Assembly: GCA_046761065.1 (NCBI GenBank)
Contig: JBHIFL010000059.1
Coordinates: 1 to 26,156, forward strand
Length of the DNA: 26,156 nt
Reading direction: 5' to 3'
DNA from: Candidatus Heimdallarchaeota archaeon
Lineage (GTDB): Archaea > Asgardarchaeota > Wukongarchaeia > Wukongarchaeales > JBHIFL01
Shown: piece after piece, positions 8,786-17,184 of the stretch
Position numbering within the stretch: the first letter of the stretch is position 1
Layout: each line of letters begins with the position of its first letter
Position numbers and translations under genes: made by a program
The notes under the pieces: model-generated
What the model was told of the DNA's origin: nothing
What the model saw: the letters and a program-made list of their open reading frames with translations, nothing else
Databases searched by the model: none

Positions 8786-9348
8786 TTTAGAACCTCATGA
8801 ATAATCTACATTCCCCTTTAAAATACTCTTGATTAGTTGGTAAGTCAACCACTCCAAACACTTTCTTCCCACTTATTCCAATCAAGATGAAAATTTATCA
8901 TTAGGTCAGGATAGTGTTTAAAAGAGGGAATTCCATAGCGTCTCGATTAACCGACCCGCTTCATTCTCTATTCGGTATTATAAATGCCACTTATTTACTT
9001 AATTATAGCTGAAACTTTGATTGGGGATTCAATTTTCCCTGTTAGCTTATTCAATTTATTTGGCAAGTATTAAGGTATTGAAACGCACTAAATAAATCTG
9101 TGATATTAATCCAGTTGTCACTTAAGGTGTAATATATTTATGGGAATTTAGTATTTATTGAATACCCATCAAATTCTTAGTATTTTAAGCTACAAGAAGT
9201 GTTGAATCGTCTTAAGAACAAGAATACTTAGTAAATGGTCTCCATGGTTACTAAATTTATGATTAGCCTTTCCTTACTATATAATACTCGAGCTTTCATG
9301 ATTGGGATATGTATGTTAGATCTTGATTTGCTATTTGCTGGTGAAAAT

Positions 9349-9570
9349 ATGTTTGCTATCAAAAGTGCATATACTAGTCCCGAGGGATCCTGCCCATTCT
9401 TTCAGCTGGGACCACCGCCATTTTGTATGCTTTTGAAGGTTATGTGTGATCCTGATAATCCAAAGGGCAATTGTGAAGGTATTCATTATCAAAACGGTAT
9501 TATTTGCCTTCGTATATCCCAATTTTTATTTGCAAAAGCTTCCTATATTCCAGAGATTGGAATATCCTGA
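9349..9570 (+). CDS. Small Cys-rich hypothetical protein (73 aa)
   Basis: ATG at 9349 follows GGTG, with a TATATAA ~65 nt upstream. The protein has five Cys: CPFF-x7-C-x6-C-x8-C-x10-C. Confidence 0.5.
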   Translation: MFAIKSAYTSPEGSCPFFQLGPPPFCMLLKVMCDPDNPKGNCEGIHYQNGIICLRISQFLFAKASYIPEIGIS

Positions 9571-9849
9571 TAGATCCGTTAGTAGACGTCCAACAGGAAA
9601 CTTGGTGGTCTTAGCATGCCTAAATCTATGGAAAGTTATGATTAAAATGTATTTTTGAGATTTGTATAAATTAACGCTTTATTTGATGAAATAAAACCTA
9701 CGAATGTGCTCAAAAAAGGTAAAGAAAATATAATTAAACTTCAAATCGCATTAGACAATCTCTTTTTAAAGTAGAAATGATCCTGTCACTTATTCATACT
9801 CCAGTTATACACCAAACAATGTTAATAAATAATAAAAGTAAATTCTGAA

Positions 9850-9925
9850 TGGAGCCAGCGGCCGGATTCGAACCGGCATAACACGGCTTTGCAGGCCGCT
9901 GCGTCTACCACTCCGCCACGCTGGC
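9850..9925 (-). tRNA. tRNA-Cys(GCA), intronless, CCA encoded
   Basis: Reverse complement GCCAGCG TG GCGG AGTGGTAG ACGC A GCGGC CTGCAAA GCCGT GTTAT GCCGG TTCGAAT CCGGC CGCTGGC T CCA gives a full 76-nt cloverleaf with anticodon GCA and discriminator U73. Confidence 0.97.
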
Positions 9926-10211
9926 ATTACTATACCTAATGTATTTTTAAGGTATAATCCTATTTATTCTTCACGGTGCATCATAAAAGATCAATGGTTT
10001 AAGTGATTCTAATAACAATAGTTCTTTAGCAATAATTACACTTTTTAAAGCGAAATATAAAGAAAATCTTAAATTTTGTTGAAGGATTTGTATTTTAAGA
10101 TCAGATACAACTTCTTAGAGCCCATAAATACGTTTAAAGAAATCGAAACCCTTATTGCCCTTTGTTAATTAAAAAGATCAAGAAGCCATTCTGCAGAGAG
10201 AGGCGGAATAA

Positions 10212-11093
10212 ATGTCATCGAAAGAGAAAGAAAAGGATGAAAAATTAAAAGAACCTCAAAAATCAACAAAGAAAAAAGAAAAAACCCAAGAAGAACCTCA
10301 AAAAGAGAAATTAGAAGTTGTTCGGCAACTGAAAGTGGATCTTTGGCGTACCCGATTCCATGGGGAAAAAATAGGTATAAGGCAAAAGGCTCAACATCGA
10401 CACGATAAAGGGTTCCAATGGTCGAAGGATATGGAACCGCTTGGAGAGGTGAAAGAGAACGATAAAAAAATCCGATTGTTAGGATTACGTGAAGCCCTTT
10501 GGGCGGTTGAGGAAGACGAACCCCATGACACCGAGTTTGAACGACGATTGATTATCAAGTCCTTTACGAAAAGCGCTTGGGTTGGAACAGTTGAAGAACT
10601 CAATGAAAGAGAGATTACAAACTCGGCGGCTACGGGGAAACAGCTTCCTGCATTCCTTTGCCTCTTAAATGGGGTTGATTATACAGTTCCAATCGAACAG
10701 ATGCGATCGATCTATGGACGTACATTTGCTTTCGCTATTGAAACCGGAAAAAGGGAATTTACGCCCATGCGGCTTAGAGAGCGTCGATTTACTTTCGGAT
10801 CAGATTGGGATGTTTATAAAGTAGGTCCAATGCCAGAAAAGGTAGGAAAGGTTGATGGGAAATTCATGAATGTCGGTGGAGCTTGGGATATTAAAATATT
10901 CGATCCGGAATTAGCAAAAAACAAAGCATTTGTCGAATCATTGATCTTGTTTGCTTCCACCTTACGATTCCAAAAAGAGATTCGGCAGAAAATTGAAAAA
11001 ACTATCAAAGCGATTGAAAACGGACAATATCGGCTGAAAGTTGAAAAAATTGAATACGACTTAATGAAGAATCCAAGAATCAGGCGCGTATAA
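10212..11093 (+). CDS. Hypothetical protein; C-terminal region resembles the tubby-C/LURP-one/scramblase fold
   Basis: GAGGCGG RBS and a K/E-rich N-terminus. The C-terminal pattern RRFTFGSDWDV...VGKVDGKFMNVGGAWDIKI is followed by a hydrophobic helix (FVESLILFASTL). Confidence 0.75.
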   Translation: MSSKEKEKDEKLKEPQKSTKKKEKTQEEPQKEKLEVVRQLKVDLWRTRFHGEKIGIRQKAQHRHDKGFQWSKDMEPLGEVKENDKKIRLLGLREALWAVEEDEPHDTEFERRLIIKSFTKSAWVGTVEELNEREITNSAATGKQLPAFLCLLNGVDYTVPIEQMRSIYGRTFAFAIETGKREFTPMRLRERRFTFGSDWDVYKVGPMPEKVGKVDGKFMNVGGAWDIKIFDPELAKNKAFVESLILFASTLRFQKEIRQKIEKTIKAIENGQYRLKVEKIEYDLMKNPRIRRV

Positions 11094-11335
11094 TTAGTTA
11101 AATAACGATTCTTCATTCATTACGTAGGATGCACACTATTTATCTTTTCTGAATCCATCGCTCTATTCTAATAATTTAGAAAATAGCCAAAAGCTTATAC
11201 AATTGAAAATTTGAATGTTAGAAAAGAAATGGGGTGTTTTTTCTTCTCAATGATTGCAATCGGTTATACGGTGAATTATGGGACCATTATAATACCCTAT
11301 AAAGTCGCTGCCTCATAAAAAAGGAAGTTTAAATT

Positions 11336-12892
11336 TAATACTTCCTAAGATGAAAAACATTCTCTTCCCAAGATATCTTATATGTTAATTATTATGATTT
11401 TGCATAAAAATGCAGTGGACCGGTCTCCATTTTTTTAGAACAGTCAACGAAAATCGGGAGACACCGAATTGCATAGGTGTTAAGCCATGCTCTCAACTCG
11501 ATGTCTCCCTTGGAATGAAGTGTTCTTCCTAAAAAGATTTTCTGGTCTTCACATCATCCGTAAATTCAGTCTGCAGCTGCTTGCTCGGTTCATTAAGGCG
11601 TTCCACACCTATAAGTACAAGAAACACTACAAAACCTCCTCAGAGATCCTTACTGTCGTGGAAATGAGCAAAGGGAATACCGAATCGCTCAAGGACATGA
11701 TCGACGCCTTGAATGCCGATTCCCTCTAGCGATCGGCTTTCGGCTACGTCAAATCGATCCACCAGTCCCAACTCTCCCGGGACCTGCGCCAATGGGACGT
11801 GGGGATGTTCCACCAGATTTTTCAAGCCTATCTGGAGCTGGCTAAGAGGTATCAGGGGTTTAAAGGCTTGAAACACGCGGAGTTGCTCCAAGTTCTCGCC
11901 AGACTGGATCTGACCTTCGTGTTAGCGAAGCAGGTGGTGGTTCTCGACTCCCCCTTCTAAAGTCTGAACCCGGGCACTTATCCTACGGTGGAATATGGCT
12001 ACTGTACTTTGACAGGCCGGAAAGAGTCCGATTTCGAGGCCCATCTCGCTCATAAAGTCACAGCGGACGCCCCGATTGGCCTGAAGGTGACTCAAGGGTC
12101 AGTCCACGACTCCATGCAATTCGAGCCCTTGCTCAACTGGGTGAGCTGGATACTAGACCCAAAAGGGGTTATCCTGACCCATGACAAAGCGTATTACCGG
12201 ATCGACCGGTTTGATGAGCTGTGTTAGGAGGGATACTGGTTCATTACACCCCTGAAAAAGGCCAGTCTGAATCGAGTCCGGATTTTAAGCGTCGAAAAAC
12301 ACTCTTAGGACAAGCTGCAGTAACAGACCGGGTAGTGCAGCTCAATTCGGAGATCCACGACCTGCGAGCGGTGCTACTGGTCAACCCGACCCGGAGAGAG
12401 GAGTTCGACCTCCTAACTAATGTCAGAGCTTGCGAGGTCAAGCCGCTCCAAAAGCTGTATAAGGCCCGCTGGCAGATCGAAATCCTATTCCGCACGGTTA
12501 AGCAATGCTTCGGACTAAAAACCAACTGGCCGATCGGGCGAACATTGAATGCGGTCATGATCCAAATCTATGGTGCGATCATAGCCTACTTCGCGCTCAG
12601 TATTTACCGGAGCTAGGTGGGCGGGGGGATGACGGTGTTCGAACTCAAGAGACGAATTAAATATGCGCGGAAAAGCCTATGCCAGGCATCTACGCAGCAG
12701 AATGGGGGAAGAGGTGTCGAGAGGTGAACTTCACCCCAAAGGAGGGGAATAAATTTTAATGCAAAATCAAAGTTAATTAACTTAATATTGAATGAATATT
12801 TATGCATATTTATTGTAAAAAAAGGAAGGAATGGTCTTCTACAAGTGATTCACAGTTATAAAAGTGAGTGTTCTCAATTTATGCAAGTATTG
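11336..12892 (+). mobile_element. Decayed IS4-family insertion sequence (ends tentative)
   Basis: Candidate terminal IRs TAATACTT.../CAATACTT... match at 21/31 nt (11336-11366 vs reverse complement of 12862-12892). An internal IR matches at 16/17 (11395-11411 vs 12753-12769). They enclose a broken DDE transposase. Confidence 0.65.
11487..12727 (+). pseudogene. IS4-family DDE transposase pseudogene
   Basis: Fragments carry SQLSR, VVLDS (D1), VHDS, HDKAY (D2), FITPLKK and YKARWQIEILFRTVKQ (Y-x2-R-x3-E-x6-K). Premature stops occur at 11727, 11958, 12225 and 12614, with frameshifts near 11820 and ~12310. Confidence 0.9.
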
Positions 12893-13133
12893 GCATTCTT
12901 CCACTATAAAACTATCAAAGTTTGTTGTATTTTGACCTGATAATAACAAATTAAAGAGTCAATCATATTAGGTTCTGTAAATACGAAATTGTTTCCTCTT
13001 AAGAGACTTGTTGACGAATTGGCTTTAAATCCCCTCAACTTGGCGTGATTAAATTCCCTTCGGTAAACTCCGACTCAGCTAGAGTTGCAGATGGGGAGAT
13101 ACATGAAAGAGACTTTTCTAGCTCAAGGGTGGT

Positions 13134-13733
13134 TTGTTGAACCTCGAGGCGTTGCAAAAATGGCTACGGGCATTACGAATAAAAAAGATCGCCTATTCGC
13201 TCCTGTTGATATTGGTAATTCTCTATCCCAATCTCTATCTTGCCGGGAAGCAAGCTATCACCCAGCTCCGAGGAATGGATAGTTTAATAGACCCTGAAGA
13301 TCCCTATGTGAAAGCTTTAGCAGAAGAAGCATTAACGAATGAAACAGTTCAGTCCGGAGAACTAACCATTGAAGAATACATCTATTCAGTGATTCACTTT
13401 AAGAGAGACATCGATCTTTATTTGAATATGGATTATTGGGCCTCACCTGCTGAAACCATTCAACGGAGAGCAGGCGATTGTGAAGACAGAGCCATTGTTG
13501 TAAAATCTGTCGAAGAATACTTGGGTCTTGGAGAAGATTCGAAGCTTGTGATCCAACCACGCCATGTTTATATCGAACGGGAAGGAATCATATACGGAGG
13601 AAAATCCTCAATCGATTCCTATTTTGATGCTGTGGTTGACTTTGTTAAGGACATCCCTCTTCTTAGAAAAGTGTTAATTCTCTTAGGGCTTATCTGGATC
13701 TGGGGAAAAAAACCTCAATGGATGTATTTGTAG
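13134..13733 (+). CDS. Membrane-anchored transglutaminase-like cysteine protease domain protein
   Basis: YWASPAETI-x3-AGDCEDRAI catalytic motif and a downstream His (RHVYI), with N- and C-terminal hydrophobic helices. Confidence 0.88.
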   Translation: MLNLEALQKWLRALRIKKIAYSLLLILVILYPNLYLAGKQAITQLRGMDSLIDPEDPYVKALAEEALTNETVQSGELTIEEYIYSVIHFKRDIDLYLNMDYWASPAETIQRRAGDCEDRAIVVKSVEEYLGLGEDSKLVIQPRHVYIEREGIIYGGKSSIDSYFDAVVDFVKDIPLLRKVLILLGLIWIWGKKPQWMYL

Positions 13734-13876
13734 ATTCAAATCCTGAGGAATCCTATCAAATCGTCATTGATGTAGAACCGATTTGTCTAAAATGCGCTAA
13801 ATCAAGAGAACATCTCCATAGATATTATCCCAAGTGCGGAACTCTATTGATGCATTCTGATTTCACCACAGAATAA
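13718..13876 (+). CDS. Unannotated 52-codon ORF with a zinc-ribbon-like motif; possibly the -1 frame C-terminal extension of the transglutaminase-like protein
   Basis: MDVFVDSNPEESYQIVIDVEPICLKCAKSREHLHRYYPKCGTLLMHSDFTTE* contains CxxC-x10-YPKCG, with the third Cys position reading Tyr (TAT). Confidence 0.5.
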   Translation: MDVFVDSNPEESYQIVIDVEPICLKCAKSREHLHRYYPKCGTLLMHSDFTTE

Positions 13877-14012
13877 TGAAGGATGATGACCAATGTGCAA
13901 TGAAACTGATTAGATTGATGAGTTAATTGAATTGTTTAAAGAACGTCTAATCCACGAAATATGGATGAATTTCGAACTAAAGGTGTTTCATTACTTTAGT
14001 TCTTATGAGAAG

Positions 14013-14999
14013 ATGAAGATGAGAATAAAGCACAGGCTCATGAAAACTTTCGTCATGAGATTCGGTATACCTAGAGTCAAACAAATGATAGCGAAGCAGA
14101 GATCATTACTTGAGATGCCTGGGATAATTCATCCAGCATCCAGTTCTCCGACAAGGTTTGAGATACCTCTGGAGATGTTGAATCTCTTTGAAGAGCGAGA
14201 TAATATCGAAATAAGGCACATATTTCCCATTCGCCGCCTTCTTTCAATCATGAAGAACATTCATCTCTCTATTGATTCAATTCAAGAAAATCCCTCGGAT
14301 CCCAAATCCGACGCCCCTCAAGAGTTTTTGGAGCAACTTCAAGACTACTCCCGAAATCTCAGAGTAAGCCAAATTGGATTCGTGAAGTTACCGCAAGATC
14401 TCATCTTTCAACACTTTGGAGTTCTCTATGATAATGCCATCATTCTTACTATGGAGATGAGTAAAGAGAAAATTGACAAAGCCCCAAGCCAGGCGACCAT
14501 GAATATGGTGTTCAGGACCTATGACGATCTGGGAAAGGCAGCCAATGGAATTGCTGAGTTTCTCAGAGAGCAGGGCTATACAGCGCAGGCAGACCATCCA
14601 CTTGGTGGGTTGGTCCTATTTCCTCCTCTAGCTCAGAAAGCTGGAATCGGTTGGGTTGGAAAACACGGGCTCCTGATAACCCGGGATTTTGGTCCCAGAG
14701 TGAGGTTAGCAGCTGTCTATACGAGCATCAAAAACCTGCCATTCGCAAACTCAAACGACCATGAATGGATTGCAAATTACTGCAACATTTGCAGGGTATG
14801 CATCAAGCAGTGTCCACCAAAAGCAATATTGGAAGACTCCATCCTGCATGATACCGGTCGAATAACCTATATCTCTCAACAGGACTGCTTCGAATACTTT
14901 GTACAGTACTATGGGTGTTCGGTGTGTGTGAAGGTATGTCCATTTTCAATGAGCTCTGAAGCGTATGAACGACTAAAAACTATAACAGAAATGCGATAA
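14013..14999 (+). CDS. Cobalamin/Fe-S reductive dehalogenase- or epoxyqueuosine reductase-like protein
   Basis: AGIGWVGKHGLLIT-x2-FGPRVRLAAVYT motif, plus CNICRVCIKQCP and C-x9-CSVCVKVCP. The start is probably the ATG at 14013 or 14019 (ORF track gives 13932). Confidence 0.85.
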   Translation: MKMRIKHRLMKTFVMRFGIPRVKQMIAKQRSLLEMPGIIHPASSSPTRFEIPLEMLNLFEERDNIEIRHIFPIRRLLSIMKNIHLSIDSIQENPSDPKSDAPQEFLEQLQDYSRNLRVSQIGFVKLPQDLIFQHFGVLYDNAIILTMEMSKEKIDKAPSQATMNMVFRTYDDLGKAANGIAEFLREQGYTAQADHPLGGLVLFPPLAQKAGIGWVGKHGLLITRDFGPRVRLAAVYTSIKNLPFANSNDHEWIANYCNICRVCIKQCPPKAILEDSILHDTGRITYISQQDCFEYFVQYYGCSVCVKVCPFSMSSEAYERLKTITEMR

Positions 15000-15425
15000 T
15001 GTTTAAAAATATTATAGTAGCAAGTTATGCAACATCGGAATTACAGGTCTGGATCGCCTCAGGATTGGCACAGTTGGAGAAAGAAGTCGTAATTGATCAA
15101 CTATAATGTCAATTTTTATCATGAAGTATCTTATTTCTATGTAGCATTTGGGTTTCCGAATTTCAGTGAGTTTGTCACTTATAAGGACTTTGAGAAACTT
15201 GCCGAAATTGTTAATGCTTTTCAAGCCGTGTTCGAAAAGTTCAGTGCTAAATACAATCTTGAAATTCCACGACTCACGAAAATTGAAAAAATTATGAACG
15301 CTTTTTCGACTATAAAGTAGTTCCGACCTTTATATACGAAATAAAAGTCCTTATACCTTCATGCTCTTAAAAACAAGAAAGATATTAAATTTAATCACTC
15401 TAGAAAATGCTTCACCTGCAAAGGA

Positions 15426-16628
15426 GTGGTGAATGGGAAGATGTCTGATCATAATGAACGGAAGTTTGCTGTTCTTGGTGCTGGTCGTCAAGGCACGGCG
15501 GCGGCCTACGATCTAGCCAAATTTGGTAATGCCCATTCGGTTCTGATTAGCGATATCAATCTGGATGTAGCAATGCAAGCAGCTGCGCGGGTTAATCAGC
15601 TGCTTAACACGGAGATTGTCCAAGCAGTCGGTATAGATGTCACACAACATGACGAGTTAGTTACACTCCTCACTGGAATTGATGCCTTTGTTAGTGCAGT
15701 ACCCTATTACTATAACTTAGAAATCGCAAAAGCGGCGATCGCTGCCAAAGCAAGCATGTGTGATCTAGGAGGTAACACAGAGCTTGTCTTGGAGCAATTA
15801 AAACTTGATCTGCAAGCCAAAGCTGCCAATATTTCAATTATCCCTGATTGTGGGCAAGTACCTGGGTTGGGTACAACGCTCTGCGTGTATGCGATGAGTC
15901 GCCTTGACAAACCCGAGGAGGTGTATATGTGGGACGGTGGATTACCTCAAAAACCACGGCCACCGTTCAACTATTTACTCACATTTCATATCGATGGGCT
16001 CATCAACGAATACTATGGTACGACGGAATTCCTACGAGATGGTAAAATCGTTGAAATCCCGTGTTTTATCGAATTAGAAGAAATTGAGTTCCCTCCTCCG
16101 GTAGGCCGTTTGGAAGCTTTCACTACAGCAGGAGGAACTTCAACCGCGCCAAGAACCTTTGAGGGTAAACTGAAAACCTACCAGAATAAGACTGTTCGGT
16201 ATCCTGGTCACTATATTCAGCTCAAAACAATGAACGACCTTGGCCTTTTCGATCCCGAAGAGCTTCAGGTTGGCGATGTAAAGGTGGCGCCTCGAGCGGT
16301 TCTAGCGAAACTTCTCGAGCCCAAAGTCACATTTCCAGAGGATAAAGATGTGGTCGTAATCCGGGTGACATGCCTTGGCGAAAAAGACGGGCGTCCAGCA
16401 GAAGTTCAATTAGATTTAATTGATTTTTATGATGAGTCGACGGGTTTCACGGCAATGGAACGAACTACTGGTTGGGATGCATCGATTATTGCGATTATGA
16501 TGGCAGATGGGCGAGCTAAAAAAGGAGCTGTGCCGTTGGAGTTAGCAATTTCTAGCACGGAATTTGTTCAAGAACTGCAAAAACGAGGCATTCAACTTAC
16601 TGAGCACTTAACATTCTTGGGTGCGTAA
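15426..16628 (+). CDS. Saccharopine dehydrogenase family protein (lysine 6-dehydrogenase-like)
   Basis: VLGAGRQG Rossmann motif, SAVPY, CDLGGN, IPDCGQVPG, GGLPQKP, GLINEY, LEAFTT-x-GG-x-ST, KTVRYPGH and TAMERTTG. Confidence 0.92.
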   Translation: MVNGKMSDHNERKFAVLGAGRQGTAAAYDLAKFGNAHSVLISDINLDVAMQAAARVNQLLNTEIVQAVGIDVTQHDELVTLLTGIDAFVSAVPYYYNLEIAKAAIAAKASMCDLGGNTELVLEQLKLDLQAKAANISIIPDCGQVPGLGTTLCVYAMSRLDKPEEVYMWDGGLPQKPRPPFNYLLTFHIDGLINEYYGTTEFLRDGKIVEIPCFIELEEIEFPPPVGRLEAFTTAGGTSTAPRTFEGKLKTYQNKTVRYPGHYIQLKTMNDLGLFDPEELQVGDVKVAPRAVLAKLLEPKVTFPEDKDVVVIRVTCLGEKDGRPAEVQLDLIDFYDESTGFTAMERTTGWDASIIAIMMADGRAKKGAVPLELAISSTEFVQELQKRGIQLTEHLTFLGA

Positions 16629-16710
16629 ACTACTAAGTTCTACTAGGCAAACTTAATCTGGAAGCGGTGAAGAAAACGTTGCAAAAGTCAATCAGCTGCT
16701 CAATTCGCAT

Positions 16711-17112
16711 TTATTCAGGTGGGAACAAGACCACTTTCTCGGGCTTTATCTTGTATAGAACCCTCACCTCATCAGGTCCCCTATTGGGATAACGGTCTTG
16801 ACCGAGGTATTTCTTCGCTAACTTATCTATATGTCCGTTGGCTTTTTCTCCTTCAACAATTTCAATAACCCTCCCACGGACACTGAGATAGCGATATGGG
16901 TTTTCTGGATCTTGAATCGATATAGCAACCTGATTTCTGCTGCGCATGTTTTTATCCTTCACCCGACCAATAGCAGTGTTCACAAGCAGGTTCGTACCGT
17001 CAAAATCGATCCAAACCGGAGTCACTTGTGGGCTGCCATCGGGCATCAAAGTCGCGAGATTGGCAAATGCCTTTTTATTTAATAAATCACGAAAGTTGTT
17101 ATTGATATTCAT
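16711..17112 (-). CDS. PPOX-class (split beta-barrel) F420/flavin-dependent oxidoreductase
   Basis: LATLMPDGSPQVTPVW, GRVKDKNM, NPYRYLSVRG and LAKKYLG motifs. The likely start is MNINNN at 17112 after AGGT. Confidence 0.9.
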   Translation of the reverse strand: MNINNNFRDLLNKKAFANLATLMPDGSPQVTPVWIDFDGTNLLVNTAIGRVKDKNMRSRNQVAISIQDPENPYRYLSVRGRVIEIVEGEKANGHIDKLAKKYLGQDRYPNRGPDEVRVLYKIKPEKVVLFPPE

Positions 17113-17184
17113 AATATTACCTAATATACTTTTTATATTTAAAAATAAAAAGATATCAGTTACCAAATAGTTACTACTTAATAT

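Noticed and set aside
8836-8851. TGGT-N6-ACCA upstream of the LUD operon as an LldR/FadR-type box
   Set aside because: The spacing differs from the TGGT-N3-ACCA pattern, no GntR regulator is nearby, and the match is too short to be significant.
9850-9925. tRNA-Cys as an integration (att) site
   Set aside because: No duplicate of the tRNA 3' end and no integrase were found in the window by eye.
11727-12616. Several in-frame TAG codons in the transposase (and at 1612/1696) suggesting amber recoding or pyrrolysine
   Set aside because: The transposase also has a TAA stop and frameshifts, intact genes here (ADH, glnA) end in TAG, and no pyl genes are in the window. Ordinary decay explains it.
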